Shown: positions 39,416-50,042, counted from the first letter of the stretch. The stretch: DNA of 62,889 nucleotides from Arcobacter sp. (GCA_965662175.1 CBFIGT010000001.1:1-62889), one strand, 5' to 3'. Numbers and translations are program-made. The notes: generated by a model from the letters alone, not told the origin.

Positions 39416-41863
39416 ATGCAAGTTGAGATTTCAAGAAGAAAATTTCTTCAAGGTACAGTTGCATTATCTGTAATTGCTGCTTCAACTTCTGCACTAAGTA
39501 ATTCCACTAAACAAAGTGAAAAGATAACATTAGGAACAACAAAAACCTCATTTGATAGAAATAAAATTATTACGGTTCCTACACTTTGTGAAATGTGTGT
39601 TAATAAATGTGCAGCTTACGCAAGAGTTGAAAATGGTGTAGTAAAAAAATTAGATCCAAATCCTTATTTTCCAAAATCACAAAATATGTTATGTGCAAGA
39701 GGTAATGCCGGAATTCAAGCAATATATGACCCTGATAGATTAAAATATCCTCTAATCAGAGTAGGGGAGAGGGGTGATGGTAAATTTAAAAGAGTTACTT
39801 GGGATGAAGCATATACATATATTCAAGAGAAATTAGTAAAAATAATTGATGAAGAAGAGGATAATAGATCATCAATTGGTTTTTGTGCTGGTGAGGGTAT
39901 GGCTGAACATACATTTAAAACTTTTATGCAAGATAAATTTGGTTCATCAAATTTTGTAAATCATGCATCAATTTGTCTTCAAACAACTGTATCAGGATAT
40001 GCATTAACTATTGGTGGATATGGTCAAGCTGATTTAGAAAATGCTGAATATGTAATTATGGCAGGGGCTAATCGAGCAGAAGCTATTGTAACTCCTGATA
40101 CAATGGATATATTTAAAAGAACAAAAGGTAGAGGGGCAAAATTAGTAGTAATTGACCCAAGATTTACAAATACAGCAGCACATGCTGATGAATGGTTACC
40201 TATTGAAGTTGGAACTGATTTAGCACTTGTATTAGCTATGACTCATGTTGTTATAACAGAAGAGTTATATAATAAAAAATTTGTAATGTTAAACTTTAAT
40301 AATTTTGAAGATTATAAACAACATATAATAAATAATAATTATACACCCGAATGGGCTGAAAAAATTACAGGTATAAAAGTAGCACAAATTAAAAAAATAG
40401 CAAGAGATTTTATGCACCATGCTCCAAGAGCAATTTATTATCAAGGAAGAAGAACAGCTTGGAGTAAACAAGATTTTCAACTAAGACGTGCACAAGCTAT
40501 TTTTACAGCACTAGGTGGTGGAATTGATAGGGAGGGTGGTATTGTATTTGGTAAAACACTACCTTTAGGAAAACATGATGTTAATATTCCAATGTATGCA
40601 AATACAAAAGCTAGAATTGAAAAAGATGCAGCTGCAATTATTGGTGGTTCAGGTTCATGGATTGCATGGAGAAATATGATTGTTGAAGATAAAACACCAT
40701 ATCCTATTAGAGGAATGTTTATATATAAACAAAATCCTATGTTATCTGTTCCAAATATTGCTAAAACTAAAAAAATGTTTGAAAAAATGGATTTAGTAGT
40801 TGCAATTGATACTATGCCAAGTGATAGTGCTATTATGGCTGATGTGATTTTACCTGAGTGTACATATTTAGAAAGAGAAGACCCTGTAAAATCTTTTGGT
40901 GGAGCTCAACCCTCTATTGCTTTACGGCAAGCTGCTGTAAAACCAATGTATGAGTCAAAACCTTTAATTGAGATTATGCATGGATTATCTCAAAAAATCT
41001 CTAAACCATTATGGGAAATAACTAAAAAATATGATGAAGATGTACAAGATGAGATAAGTGGTAAAACAGAGGCTGAAATAGAAGAGTTTTATGAAGAGAA
41101 TGGATTTAATTTAGCTGATGCCTTTGAACACTCACAAGAAGAGATAAATAGACATATGATTGAACCTGTTTATGGAAAAGAGGCTTGGAATACACTAAGA
41201 GAAAAAGGTGTTTTCTATTTAAATATGGATAAATATTTTAAAAAAATATCAGCAAATGAGTATGAATGGTATCCAAAACAAAGAAGATTTTATTCAGTTG
41301 TAAAAGGTGAATTTAAATCAGATGTTTTCCATGATACTTGTATTGATGAAAAAGAGATTGCTGTATTAAAGAAAAAATTTAAAACTCCAACTGGAAAAGT
41401 TGAGTGTAGATTAGATAATTTAGCCAAAAAAGGTGTTGATGCAATGCCTGTTTGGAGAGATGAAATGTATACCGCAACACCAAAAGGTAAATTTAAATTT
41501 ATTACAGGACGACATGCACAATTCACTCAAAATTCAACTTCAAATAATGCAATGTTATTGGATTTGATGCCTGAAAACTATTTATGGATTAATAAAAGAG
41601 TTGCAAAAAGTAAAGGTATAAATTTCGCTGATTTAGTAGAGATTGAAAGTAATATTGGGAAAATCCAAATTAAAGCATACCCAACAGAAAAAATTGGACC
41701 AAATACACTATTTTTTGTACATGGTTTTGGTTCTGTATCTGATGGATTAACTTTAGGTAAAGAGAATGGTGCAGCTGATAATATGATTATTGATGATGTT
41801 ATAGAACCTGTATTTGGTAGTGCAGCAATGCACGAAACAATTGTTGATGTGAGAAAGGTTTAA
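39416..41863 (+). CDS. Tat-exported molybdopterin oxidoreductase catalytic subunit (PsrA/PhsA/SreA family)
   Basis: SRRKFLQ Tat motif; CEMCVNKC...CARG Fe-S; DPDRLKYPL; HASIC putative Mo ligand; ADVILPECTYLER. Confidence 0.9.
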   Translation: MQVEISRRKFLQGTVALSVIAASTSALSNSTKQSEKITLGTTKTSFDRNKIITVPTLCEMCVNKCAAYARVENGVVKKLDPNPYFPKSQNMLCARGNAGIQAIYDPDRLKYPLIRVGERGDGKFKRVTWDEAYTYIQEKLVKIIDEEEDNRSSIGFCAGEGMAEHTFKTFMQDKFGSSNFVNHASICLQTTVSGYALTIGGYGQADLENAEYVIMAGANRAEAIVTPDTMDIFKRTKGRGAKLVVIDPRFTNTAAHADEWLPIEVGTDLALVLAMTHVVITEELYNKKFVMLNFNNFEDYKQHIINNNYTPEWAEKITGIKVAQIKKIARDFMHHAPRAIYYQGRRTAWSKQDFQLRRAQAIFTALGGGIDREGGIVFGKTLPLGKHDVNIPMYANTKARIEKDAAAIIGGSGSWIAWRNMIVEDKTPYPIRGMFIYKQNPMLSVPNIAKTKKMFEKMDLVVAIDTMPSDSAIMADVILPECTYLEREDPVKSFGGAQPSIALRQAAVKPMYESKPLIEIMHGLSQKISKPLWEITKKYDEDVQDEISGKTEAEIEEFYEENGFNLADAFEHSQEEINRHMIEPVYGKEAWNTLREKGVFYLNMDKYFKKISANEYEWYPKQRRFYSVVKGEFKSDVFHDTCIDEKEIAVLKKKFKTPTGKVECRLDNLAKKGVDAMPVWRDEMYTATPKGKFKFITGRHAQFTQNSTSNNAMLLDLMPENYLWINKRVAKSKGINFADLVEIESNIGKIQIKAYPTEKIGPNTLFFVHGFGSVSDGLTLGKENGAADNMIIDDVIEPVFGSAAMHETIVDVRKV

Positions 41864-41865
41864 TT

Positions 41866-42429
41866 ATGGCAAGATATGCGATGGCTTTAGATTATAAAGA
41901 CTGTATTAATTGTAAAGCTTGTGAAACAGCGTGTAAAGAGGAGAATGGAATACTTCTTGGAGCTGATAGTCATAGAATTTGGGTTGGAACACAAGAGATG
42001 GAAGGTGAATTTCCACTATTAAATATTGCTTCAAGTAATTTTATGCCAAGTCAATGTCAGCAGTGTGATAATGCACCTTGTCAGGATGTTTGTCCAACAA
42101 ATGCAACTTATTATGATGAAAATGGAGTTGTAAGAGTAGACCCTGAGAAGTGTATATTATGTACATATTGTATGACAGCTTGTCCTTATGATGCTAGATA
42201 TGTAGATGATAGAACAGTTACTGTTGATAAGTGTAATTTTTGCGCTGATACAAGAATAGCAAGGGGTGAGACAACAACCGCTTGTCAAGCAACATGCCCT
42301 ACAAAAGTTAGAATTTTTGGTGACTTAGATGACCCAAATAGTGAAATTTCTGAGGTTTTAAGAACTAGAGAACATTTTACTTTGAAAACTCATTTAGGTA
42401 CTAATCCTAAACTTTTCTATTTGACTTAA
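41866..42429 (+). CDS. 4Fe-4S electron transfer subunit (PsrB/NrfC family)
   Basis: Four Cys clusters (CINCKACETAC, CQQCDNAPCQDVCP, CILCTYCMTACP, KCNFC...ACQATCP); FGDLDDP. Confidence 0.93.
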   Translation: MARYAMALDYKDCINCKACETACKEENGILLGADSHRIWVGTQEMEGEFPLLNIASSNFMPSQCQQCDNAPCQDVCPTNATYYDENGVVRVDPEKCILCTYCMTACPYDARYVDDRTVTVDKCNFCADTRIARGETTTACQATCPTKVRIFGDLDDPNSEISEVLRTREHFTLKTHLGTNPKLFYLT

Positions 42430-42439
42430 GGGGGCTATT

Positions 42440-43633
42440 ATGAATTTTATAAAATCAATTATACCAATTAAAGATGTCTCTTTAAAAGATTTTTTTACAT
42501 TTGAGAAAAGTTTTTCTAATGTAACAATGGCACTTATTACCTTAGGATTAGTAGCACTATTTTGTGCTGGTGCTTTATTATATTTTCTTGAGGGACATCA
42601 CGCTTATAATGTATATAAACAACACCCTTGGGGCTTGATTATTGGAATGTATGTATTTTTTGTTGTATCAAGTACAGGTTTATGTATTATGTCTTCAATT
42701 GGCCATGTCTTTGGAATAAAAGAGTTTGAAATAATAGGTAAAAGAGCAATATTAGGAGCAATTATTACTATTTCTACAGGATTTATTGTAATTGCACTTG
42801 AAATAGGTCATCCTGTTACTATGATAATTTATAATGTTTTAACTCCAAATTTCACATCTGCAATTTGGTGGATGGGAACTTTATATGGGATTTATTTAGG
42901 CTTTATTATATTTGAGTTTATCTTTTTGGTAAGAAAAGATCATAAATGGTCTAGATTTTTTGGATTAGGTGGATTAATTGTAGGTATTGCAGCTCATAGT
43001 AATTTAGGTGCTGTATTTGGATTTTTAATTGCTAGACCTATTTCAAACGGAGTATTTTTCCCAATTTACTTTATTTTATCAGCAATGATTACAGGTTCTT
43101 ATTTACTATTTTTAATGTATGGTTTTAGATATAAAATGGAGTTTCCCGATGAGGTAAAAGCAATGCTTACTAAATTGGCTCAAATTTTAGGTCTTTTATT
43201 GGCAATTTTAATGTTTTTTGAAACATGGAGAATGTTTACAACTATATATGGTGGAATGCCTGACCGTGCAGAGGCTGCTTGGCATATACTTACTAGTTAT
43301 AATTTCTTATTAGGTGAGGTGTTATTAGGTATGTTAATTCCTTTTATTATTATAATAAGTAGTAAAGGAAAAAATATAAAAGCTATGGTTTGGGCATCAT
43401 TATCAGGGATGGTAGGAATATTCTTTATGAGATATGATTTAGTTCATGATACACAATTGATACCACTAAATCCATTAAAAATTAGAGAGTATCAATTACC
43501 TCCAACTATTATTGAATATATGCCCTCATTTGCTGAGATAGCAATATCAATTGGTGGTATTGGAGTTTGTTTGGTAATGTATTATTTCGCAGAGAAATTA
43601 TTTGATTTAGATTATGAAAAAAAGGATAAATGA
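42440..43633 (+). CDS. NrfD/PsrC-family membrane anchor
   Basis: PWGLIIGMYVFF, LEIGHP, NFTSAIWWM; about 10 TM. Confidence 0.9.
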   Translation: MNFIKSIIPIKDVSLKDFFTFEKSFSNVTMALITLGLVALFCAGALLYFLEGHHAYNVYKQHPWGLIIGMYVFFVVSSTGLCIMSSIGHVFGIKEFEIIGKRAILGAIITISTGFIVIALEIGHPVTMIIYNVLTPNFTSAIWWMGTLYGIYLGFIIFEFIFLVRKDHKWSRFFGLGGLIVGIAAHSNLGAVFGFLIARPISNGVFFPIYFILSAMITGSYLLFLMYGFRYKMEFPDEVKAMLTKLAQILGLLLAILMFFETWRMFTTIYGGMPDRAEAAWHILTSYNFLLGEVLLGMLIPFIIIISSKGKNIKAMVWASLSGMVGIFFMRYDLVHDTQLIPLNPLKIREYQLPPTIIEYMPSFAEIAISIGGIGVCLVMYYFAEKLFDLDYEKKDK

Positions 43634-44820
43634 TGAAAGCAAAAGTTTTTTTAAAATCGTTACTTGTTTTAGGCTTGTTGTCTACAGGATTATTAGCTAA
43701 TGAAGCTGGAAATTTAACAAAGCCTAGCCCAAAAGTTCAATCAATGATTGAAAAATTTGGACTAGAAGTTGTTGATTTTGAGTATACAAAAAAAGTTATT
43801 GGAAAAGGTACTCAAGATAGTGCAACAGCTATATTAATTGATGCTAGACCTGAGGGAAAATATAAAAAAAGTACAATACCCTCAAGTATAAATATTCCTG
43901 ATACAAATTATGCTGAATTTGTAAAACAATTAAAAGATGTGGCAAAAGATAAAGAGTTGATAGTATTTTGTGGCGGTTGGAATTGTGGTAAAAGTCCAAA
44001 AGTAGCTAATATGCTTAAAAAAGATGGTTTTACTAATGTAAAACTTTATCAAGCTGGTGAGCCTGAATGGATTAAAAAAACATATAAAGAGGTTGATTTA
44101 ATTGTTGCAAAAGCAGCTCAAGAGAATAATAGCGCTTTATTAGTGGATGCTAGACCTTTTAAAATGTTCTTAAAAGAGAGTATACCAGGTGCTGTTTCTA
44201 TACCTGATACAGATATTGATAAATTAATTGGAAGATTTCCTTCAAATAAATCTGAAAAAATTATCCTATTTTGTGGAGGATTTAAATGTGCAAAATCACA
44301 TAAAATTGCAAACAAACTTGTGGCAAAAGGTTATAAAGAGGTAGCTGTATTTGCAGGTGGACTTCCAGCTTGGAAAGAGGCTAAATTAGGTACTACAAAA
44401 AGTGCTGCTAAAGTTGTTCAAGATAAAGTTGCAAAAAAAGAGTTTAGTGATAATGGTATAAAAAATGGTTCTGATGAGGGAACTGTTGATGGAAATTGGT
44501 TTTATGCTTTAATCAAAGAGGATAAAGTTCCCCAAATCGTACAAATTGTTGATGTAACTTCACCTGAAGAGTTCTCTAAAGGACATTTAAAAGGTGCAAT
44601 TAATATTGAAGCTGAAAAACTAAGTCCTGAGGAGTTGTATGCAAAATTACCAAAAGGTAAAAGTATTGTATTTAATTGTACAGCAGGAGGAAGATCTTTA
44701 GATGCATGGACAAGATTAAAAGATTCAAAAGTTGATATGAGTGAGATTTTCTATTTTGATGCAAACATTGACTGTAAAGGCAATGATTGTAAAATAGAAG
44801 TTAATGAACCAATAGAATAA
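43630..44820 (+). CDS. Exported three-domain rhodanese (sulfurtransferase)
   Basis: Signal peptide; IDARP/VDARP/VDV repeats; loops FCGGWNC, FCGGFKC, NCTAGGRS. Confidence 0.88.
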   Translation: MMKAKVFLKSLLVLGLLSTGLLANEAGNLTKPSPKVQSMIEKFGLEVVDFEYTKKVIGKGTQDSATAILIDARPEGKYKKSTIPSSINIPDTNYAEFVKQLKDVAKDKELIVFCGGWNCGKSPKVANMLKKDGFTNVKLYQAGEPEWIKKTYKEVDLIVAKAAQENNSALLVDARPFKMFLKESIPGAVSIPDTDIDKLIGRFPSNKSEKIILFCGGFKCAKSHKIANKLVAKGYKEVAVFAGGLPAWKEAKLGTTKSAAKVVQDKVAKKEFSDNGIKNGSDEGTVDGNWFYALIKEDKVPQIVQIVDVTSPEEFSKGHLKGAINIEAEKLSPEELYAKLPKGKSIVFNCTAGGRSLDAWTRLKDSKVDMSEIFYFDANIDCKGNDCKIEVNEPIE

Positions 44821-44832
44821 GGAGAAAAAGAG

Positions 44833-45153
44833 ATGTTAAAAAAAGGTACAATAGCTATATTAATAGCTTTTATGGGATTGTTTGTTTTTACAAATAGTGC
44901 ATTTGCAGATGCTGCAAAGGGTCAAAAAATTATAATCAAAAAACTTAAAAAAGATTGTGGTTTTAATGGTGCTGTTTTAGCTAGTAAACATACTCAAGAT
45001 GAGTGGAAAAAAATCAATGATAAGGGTGCTTTAAATGACGAAATTTTAAAACTTTGTCCTAAAGCTTCACCTCTAAAAGATAGTTATATTCCTCATGTAT
45101 ATGACTTTTTATTTGATTATGCAAGTGATAGTGGAAATATTCCATCATGTTAA
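44833..45153 (+). CDS. Small exported 3-Cys protein, cytochrome c-like but without CxxCH
   Basis: Signal peptide AFA-D; CG..GA..ASKHTQDEW, CPK, C-terminal YASDSGNIPSC; paralog at 51730-52056. Confidence 0.85.
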   Translation: MLKKGTIAILIAFMGLFVFTNSAFADAAKGQKIIIKKLKKDCGFNGAVLASKHTQDEWKKINDKGALNDEILKLCPKASPLKDSYIPHVYDFLFDYASDSGNIPSC

Positions 45154-45180
45154 TAAGGTTAGATTTTTCTAACCTTATTA
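45151..45180. terminator. Hairpin between convergent genes, end of the sulfur cluster
   Basis: TAATAAGGTTAGA-TTTT-TCTAACCTTATTA. Confidence 0.75.
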
Positions 45181-46227
45181 AGGCTTATACCACTCATTCT
45201 CTTTAGATTTTATATAAAAAACTTCACTATACCAATAATAATTGTTTGGATTTGATTTTGATTCTACTGTACAGTTTATTTTTTTTCTACCCATTTCCCA
45301 CTTTGGACTTTTGATTTTTATTTTTTTATTTAAAAAATCTTTTTCAATAAGAAGTTTTTCCCCTCCACTATCAAAACAGTTGAAGTTATTTAGATTAAAA
45401 TCATCATCTATTTGTAGTGAATAGATAAAAGTAATATTTTCTAATTGTTCTGTTTTTAAGATTTTATTATCAAGATTTAAAAGAGTCATTTTTAAAGGTT
45501 TAATTGATAATATATTTTTAAATCTCTCCATATCACCATAACTTGAAGTCATAGAAAACCTAGGTATTTCATAAGGTTTAAAATCATAATCAACAGAACC
45601 TGATTGTTGAGCTAGGGCAAAGGTATATAAAGATTTTACGATTTTAATTAGCTCCTTATCATACTCTCCAAAGGGATAGGCAAATGAGTTTACTTTAACA
45701 TTTGTATTTTCAAATATAATTTTGTTTGATTCTTTTAAATCATTAAAAGTAGTATTTTCCCAATTATCAATCTCTTTTCTGATTAAAAAATTATGATAAT
45801 TAGAGTGTGAACCAAAAGTAGCTAAACTATTTTTCATAATATTTAGCTCATCCCAGTTTAAATAGATAGATTTTTTTCCTATTGGGGCACTATTTATATA
45901 TATTGTAAAAGGGTAGTTATATTTTTTTAAAAGAGGGTAGGCATTTGTGTATATGGATTTATAAGCATCATCAAAAGTTATAGCAACTACTTTTTTAGGA
46001 ATATTTTTATTTGATGATAGGTAATCTATTATTTTGTGGACATCCCAAACTTGATAGTTATTTTCATATAGATATTGAAGATGCTCTTCAAATGTCTTTG
46101 GTGAAATAGATGTGCTTTTTGGTGTAAATTCACTTATGTGATGATAAAGTAAAATAGTAGCATGATTTTTAATATTTGTTGAGAAAAGTAAAGTATTGAA
46201 TAATATAATTAGTAATATAAGTTTCAT
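45178..46227 (-). CDS. Exported polysaccharide deacetylase (NodB/CE4)
   Basis: ILLYHH, AITFDDAY, GSHSNYH, FAYPFGEY, IPRF. Confidence 0.9.
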   Translation of the reverse strand: MKLILLIILFNTLLFSTNIKNHATILLYHHISEFTPKSTSISPKTFEEHLQYLYENNYQVWDVHKIIDYLSSNKNIPKKVVAITFDDAYKSIYTNAYPLLKKYNYPFTIYINSAPIGKKSIYLNWDELNIMKNSLATFGSHSNYHNFLIRKEIDNWENTTFNDLKESNKIIFENTNVKVNSFAYPFGEYDKELIKIVKSLYTFALAQQSGSVDYDFKPYEIPRFSMTSSYGDMERFKNILSIKPLKMTLLNLDNKILKTEQLENITFIYSLQIDDDFNLNNFNCFDSGGEKLLIEKDFLNKKIKIKSPKWEMGRKKINCTVESKSNPNNYYWYSEVFYIKSKENEWYKP

Positions 46228-46274
46228 AATAAAAAAAGGGCTTTATTAAGCCCTTTTAAATTTTGCAAATTTAA

Positions 46275-46634
46275 TTATTTTGCTAATGCCGCTTTAGCTG
46301 CAGTTACAACTGTAGTAAATGCTGCTGCATCGTTCATAGCCATATCAGCTAATATTTTTCTATCTAATTCTAAACCAGATAATTTTAATCCATTCATAAA
46401 TCTTGAATAGTTAATATCATTTAATCTACAAGCTGCATTAATTCTGATAATCCATAGCTTTCTAATATCTCTTTTTTTCTGTCTTCTATCTCTATAAGCA
46501 TATACTAAAGAGTGCTCTAATTGCTCTTTTGCTTTTCTAAAGTGTCTACTTCTTCCACCAAAGAATCCTCTAGCTTGCTTTAAAACTTTTTTATGTCTTC
46601 TTCTTCTAACTACACCTGTTTTTACTCTAGGCAT
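46275..46634 (-). CDS. rplT: 50S ribosomal protein L20
   Basis: [31 protein letters not shown]. Confidence 0.98.
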   Translation of the reverse strand: MPRVKTGVVRRRRHKKVLKQARGFFGGRSRHFRKAKEQLEHSLVYAYRDRRQKKRDIRKLWIIRINAACRLNDINYSRFMNGLKLSGLELDRKILADMAMNDAAAFTTVVTAAKAALAK

Positions 46635-46649
46635 TTTATTCCTTTCTTG

Positions 46650-46720
46650 ACCATATATTTTATATTTTTAATATTGGTGTCGACTTTTGTCGAACTTATC
46701 CACATTTTTGTGGAGGGACA
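46650..46720 (-). promoter_or_regulatory. Three-hairpin structured RNA element between rpmI and rplT
   Basis: Stems at 46699-46714, 46680-46693 and 46650-46678 directly before the rplT RBS. Confidence 0.4.
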
Positions 46721-46741
46721 TATAATTAATCTTTAAATTAA

Positions 46742-46939
46742 TTACGCTTTGTTTAACATTCTTTTAACTCTAGTTGCATCAACTTTTGCAACTGTTTGAG
46801 GACCTCTTAGTGCCACTTTTCTTTTTCTTGACATTTTTGTTAAGATGTGACTTCTAAAAGCTGAACCTCTTTTAATTGAACCATTCTTTTTCACTTTAAA
46901 TCTTTTTAAAGCTCCACTGTTTGATTTCATTTTAGGCAT
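46742..46939 (-). CDS. rpmI: 50S ribosomal protein L35
   Basis: [18 protein letters not shown]. Confidence 0.98.
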   Translation of the reverse strand: MPKMKSNSGALKRFKVKKNGSIKRGSAFRSHILTKMSRKRKVALRGPQTVAKVDATRVKRMLNKA

Positions 46940-47079
46940 GGATTGCTCCTTTCTTAAATTTGCATTCTTCTTCGATATTAGAAAAAGTTTGAGAGTATAC
47001 TTAAAAATAGCTTTATTTTAGTTTAATTGATTTTTTGAGGGGCTTTTAGTAAAAGAGAAATCCCTTTTACTAAATAGAA

Positions 47080-47616
47080 TTAGTTTTGTTGCTCTTTTTT
47101 AGGAAGAACCATCATATTTACGAATCTTCCCTCAAGTTTTGGCTCTCCATCTCTATCACCATAAGGCTCTAGCATTGGCCATACTTTTTCAAGAACTTCA
47201 GCACCAGCTTCAGGATGTGCCATTTCTCTACCTTTTAAGAATACTCTACATTTAACGTGGTATCCTTTTTCAAGGAATTCAATAGCATGTTTAACTTTAT
47301 AGTTAATATCATTTTCAGCAATTTTAACAGAAAATTTAACCTCTTTAACCACAATAACTTTTTGGTTTTTTCTTGCTTCTTTTTTCTTTTTTTCTTGTTG
47401 ATATCTGAATTTACTATAATCCATAATTTTAGCAACAGGAGGTTTTCCCTCTGGAGCTATCAAAACTAAGTCAAGTCCTAAATCATCAGCTGTAGCCATT
47501 GCATCTCTTGTTGAGATAATACCATAGTTTGTACCATCATCACCCATACATCTAACTTCTTTAGCTGTGATGTCATCATTCATTATAACATCGTCTTTTT
47601 TATTCATACGACTCAA
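47080..47616 (-). CDS. infC: Translation initiation factor IF-3
   Basis: [28 protein letters not shown]; TTG start overlapping the thrS stop. Confidence 0.96.
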   Translation of the reverse strand: MSRMNKKDDVIMNDDITAKEVRCMGDDGTNYGIISTRDAMATADDLGLDLVLIAPEGKPPVAKIMDYSKFRYQQEKKKKEARKNQKVIVVKEVKFSVKIAENDINYKVKHAIEFLEKGYHVKCRVFLKGREMAHPEAGAEVLEKVWPMLEPYGDRDGEPKLEGRFVNMMVLPKKEQQN

Positions 47617-49421
47617 ATTTCACTTCCTTTTTTTATTTCATTTAACATTTGGATAAACTCATCTTTACCCATATTTGATTGTTCTCTTTTTCTTCTATCT
47701 CTTAATGCAACAGTTTTATTTGCAACTTCTTCATCACCAAGAACTACTATCATTGGAACTCTTTGTTTTTCTGCTATTCTAATTCTTTTATTTAAACTTT
47801 CGTTCATATCGAAGATTTTAGAATCCATATCATTTTGTAATAACTCTTTTTGTAAAGTTTTAGCATACTCAACATGAGTATCAGCAATTGGTACAAAAAT
47901 AACTTGAGTTGGTGCAATTGCAAATGGAAACTCACCAGCACAGTGCTCAGTTAAAATACCAATAAATCTTTCAAAAGAACCAAGAATTGCTCGGTGAATC
48001 ATAACAGGTTGCTCTTTTTCACCTTTTTCATTGATAAATTCTGTATGGAATCTAGATGGTAAGTTCATATCAACTTGTACAGTTCCACATTGCCATTTTC
48101 TTCCAATAGCATCTAAGATTTTAATATCAATTTTTGGACCATAAAATGCTCCTCCACCCTCATCAATACCATAAGAGATATTGTTTTCATCAAGTGCATC
48201 CATGATACCTTTTGTTGTTTTTTCCCAAAACTCATCATCACCAATTGCTTTTTCAGGTTTAGTTGATACTTCAATCTCATATTTGAAATCAAATATTTTC
48301 ATAAGTGAATCAACAAACTCTAAAACTTCAAAGATTACAGTTTTGATTTGAGTTTGTGTACAGAAAATATGTGCATCATCTTGAGTAAACTCTCTTACTC
48401 TAAATAATCCATGCAATGCCCCACTCATCTCATGTCTATGAACTACACCATACACAAAAAATTTAAGAGGTAAATCTATATATGAAACTAAATCATTTTT
48501 AAAGATTTGAATATGACCAACACAGTTCATAGGTTTTATCCCATACTCTTGTCCATCAATTTCAGTAAAATACATATTCTCTTTATAGTTTGCATAGTGT
48601 CCTGATGTAACCCATTGTTGAGCTTTTAAAATCTCAGGACCTCGAACAGGTTCATAACCTCTAATTCTATGTGCTTTATATAAAATATGCTCTAGTTTTG
48701 ATCTAAGTCTTGCACCATTTGGTAACCATAAAGGAAGACCTGCACCTATTTCATCATTAAATGTAAATAGTTCAAGCTCAGTTCCTAGTTTTCTATGATC
48801 TCTTTTTTTAGCTTCTTCTAACATTCGAACATAATCAAAAAGTTCTTGTTTATCAAAGAATGCAATACCGTAAATTCTAGTAATCATTTCATTTTTTTCA
48901 TCACCACCAAGATAAGCACCTGCTACTCTTGTAAGTTTAAAACTTCTAATCATTCTAGTATTTGGTAAGTGAGGACCACGACATAAATCTTCAAATTCAC
49001 CTTGTTTATACATAGTTAAAGTATCATCACTAATTCTTGATAGAACAGCTTGTTTCAACTCATCATTAGAGAATTTTTCTAAAATCTCTTCTCTTGAGGC
49101 TTCATATCTTTGGATTGGAAGTTTAGCATTTGCTAAATCTTTCATTTTCTTTTCAATTTTAGGTAAATCCTCATCAGAGATTTTTGATTCTACTTTAAAA
49201 TCATAATAAAATCCCTCTTTAACAACAGGACCTACAAAAAATTTAGCTTCAGGATATAGTTCTTTGATAGCTTGTGCCATAAGATGAGCACATGAGTGTC
49301 TTAAGATTTCTAAAGACTGAGCAGAGTTGTCAGATTTAATCTCCTCACCACTTATATTTAAAGCTTCCGCAGTTTGAAGGTCATATATTTGACCATCTTT
49401 TAATACACCAATTGGTTCCAA
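47613..49421 (-). CDS. thrS: Threonine--tRNA ligase
   Basis: [50 protein letters not shown]. Confidence 0.98.
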   Translation of the reverse strand: MEPIGVLKDGQIYDLQTAEALNISGEEIKSDNSAQSLEILRHSCAHLMAQAIKELYPEAKFFVGPVVKEGFYYDFKVESKISDEDLPKIEKKMKDLANAKLPIQRYEASREEILEKFSNDELKQAVLSRISDDTLTMYKQGEFEDLCRGPHLPNTRMIRSFKLTRVAGAYLGGDEKNEMITRIYGIAFFDKQELFDYVRMLEEAKKRDHRKLGTELELFTFNDEIGAGLPLWLPNGARLRSKLEHILYKAHRIRGYEPVRGPEILKAQQWVTSGHYANYKENMYFTEIDGQEYGIKPMNCVGHIQIFKNDLVSYIDLPLKFFVYGVVHRHEMSGALHGLFRVREFTQDDAHIFCTQTQIKTVIFEVLEFVDSLMKIFDFKYEIEVSTKPEKAIGDDEFWEKTTKGIMDALDENNISYGIDEGGGAFYGPKIDIKILDAIGRKWQCGTVQVDMNLPSRFHTEFINEKGEKEQPVMIHRAILGSFERFIGILTEHCAGEFPFAIAPTQVIFVPIADTHVEYAKTLQKELLQNDMDSKIFDMNESLNKRIRIAEKQRVPMIVVLGDEEVANKTVALRDRRKREQSNMGKDEFIQMLNEIKKGSEI

Positions 49422-49529
49422 TAAATTCCTTTTTTCTATTTTTTACAAAAATTTTATACATTTTAGCTTATTTAGACTTAAAAAACATTAGAGTAGGGCT
49501 TATTTAGATAAGTTTAGATAAAATGACGT

Positions 49530-50042
49530 ATGATTATAAACTTATCCAAAATAAAAACAGAAGCACTTTTACTTTTATGTAAAGATATTATCTCCTCATA
49601 TGAAAACAAAGAAGAGGATATTTTTTGCATTGATAATGAGATAAAAGAGTATATGTATAAACTCTCTATGGATATGTTAAAGCAACTTAAGTTTTTGACA
49701 AGAGAGAGTAGTTTTTATTTAGAAAATAGAAACTCTTATAGAGTTAGTGCTATATTAAAAGCCTATAATTTTTTGAATAAAGAGTTATCAAATGAGTTTA
49801 AAGAGGGTATTGAGTTTAATCCATCTATGTTGTATTTTTCTATGCTTGCCATGTGGTTTAAAGAGTTAGGTAAAGAATCAAAATCAAAAGAGTATATTTA
49901 CTTTTTAATCTATCCCTATGCAAATGTATATGATAAACTACTATTAAATATAAAAGATGAAAAGTTTAAACTATTAAATATCAAAATGATAGAGATAGCT
50001 GAAAGAATAGTTTTAAAATATGATAGATTATCTTTTAAATAA
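49530..50042 (+). CDS. Hypothetical protein
   Basis: 170 aa ORF divergent from thrS, ending at a bidirectional terminator. Confidence 0.75.
   Translation: MIINLSKIKTEALLLLCKDIISSYENKEEDIFCIDNEIKEYMYKLSMDMLKQLKFLTRESSFYLENRNSYRVSAILKAYNFLNKELSNEFKEGIEFNPSMLYFSMLAMWFKELGKESKSKEYIYFLIYPYANVYDKLLLNIKDEKFKLLNIKMIEIAERIVLKYDRLSFK

Noticed and set aside
47614-47616. Non-AUG (TTG) start of infC
   Set aside because: Non-AUG infC starts are established and TTG starts are common in this window
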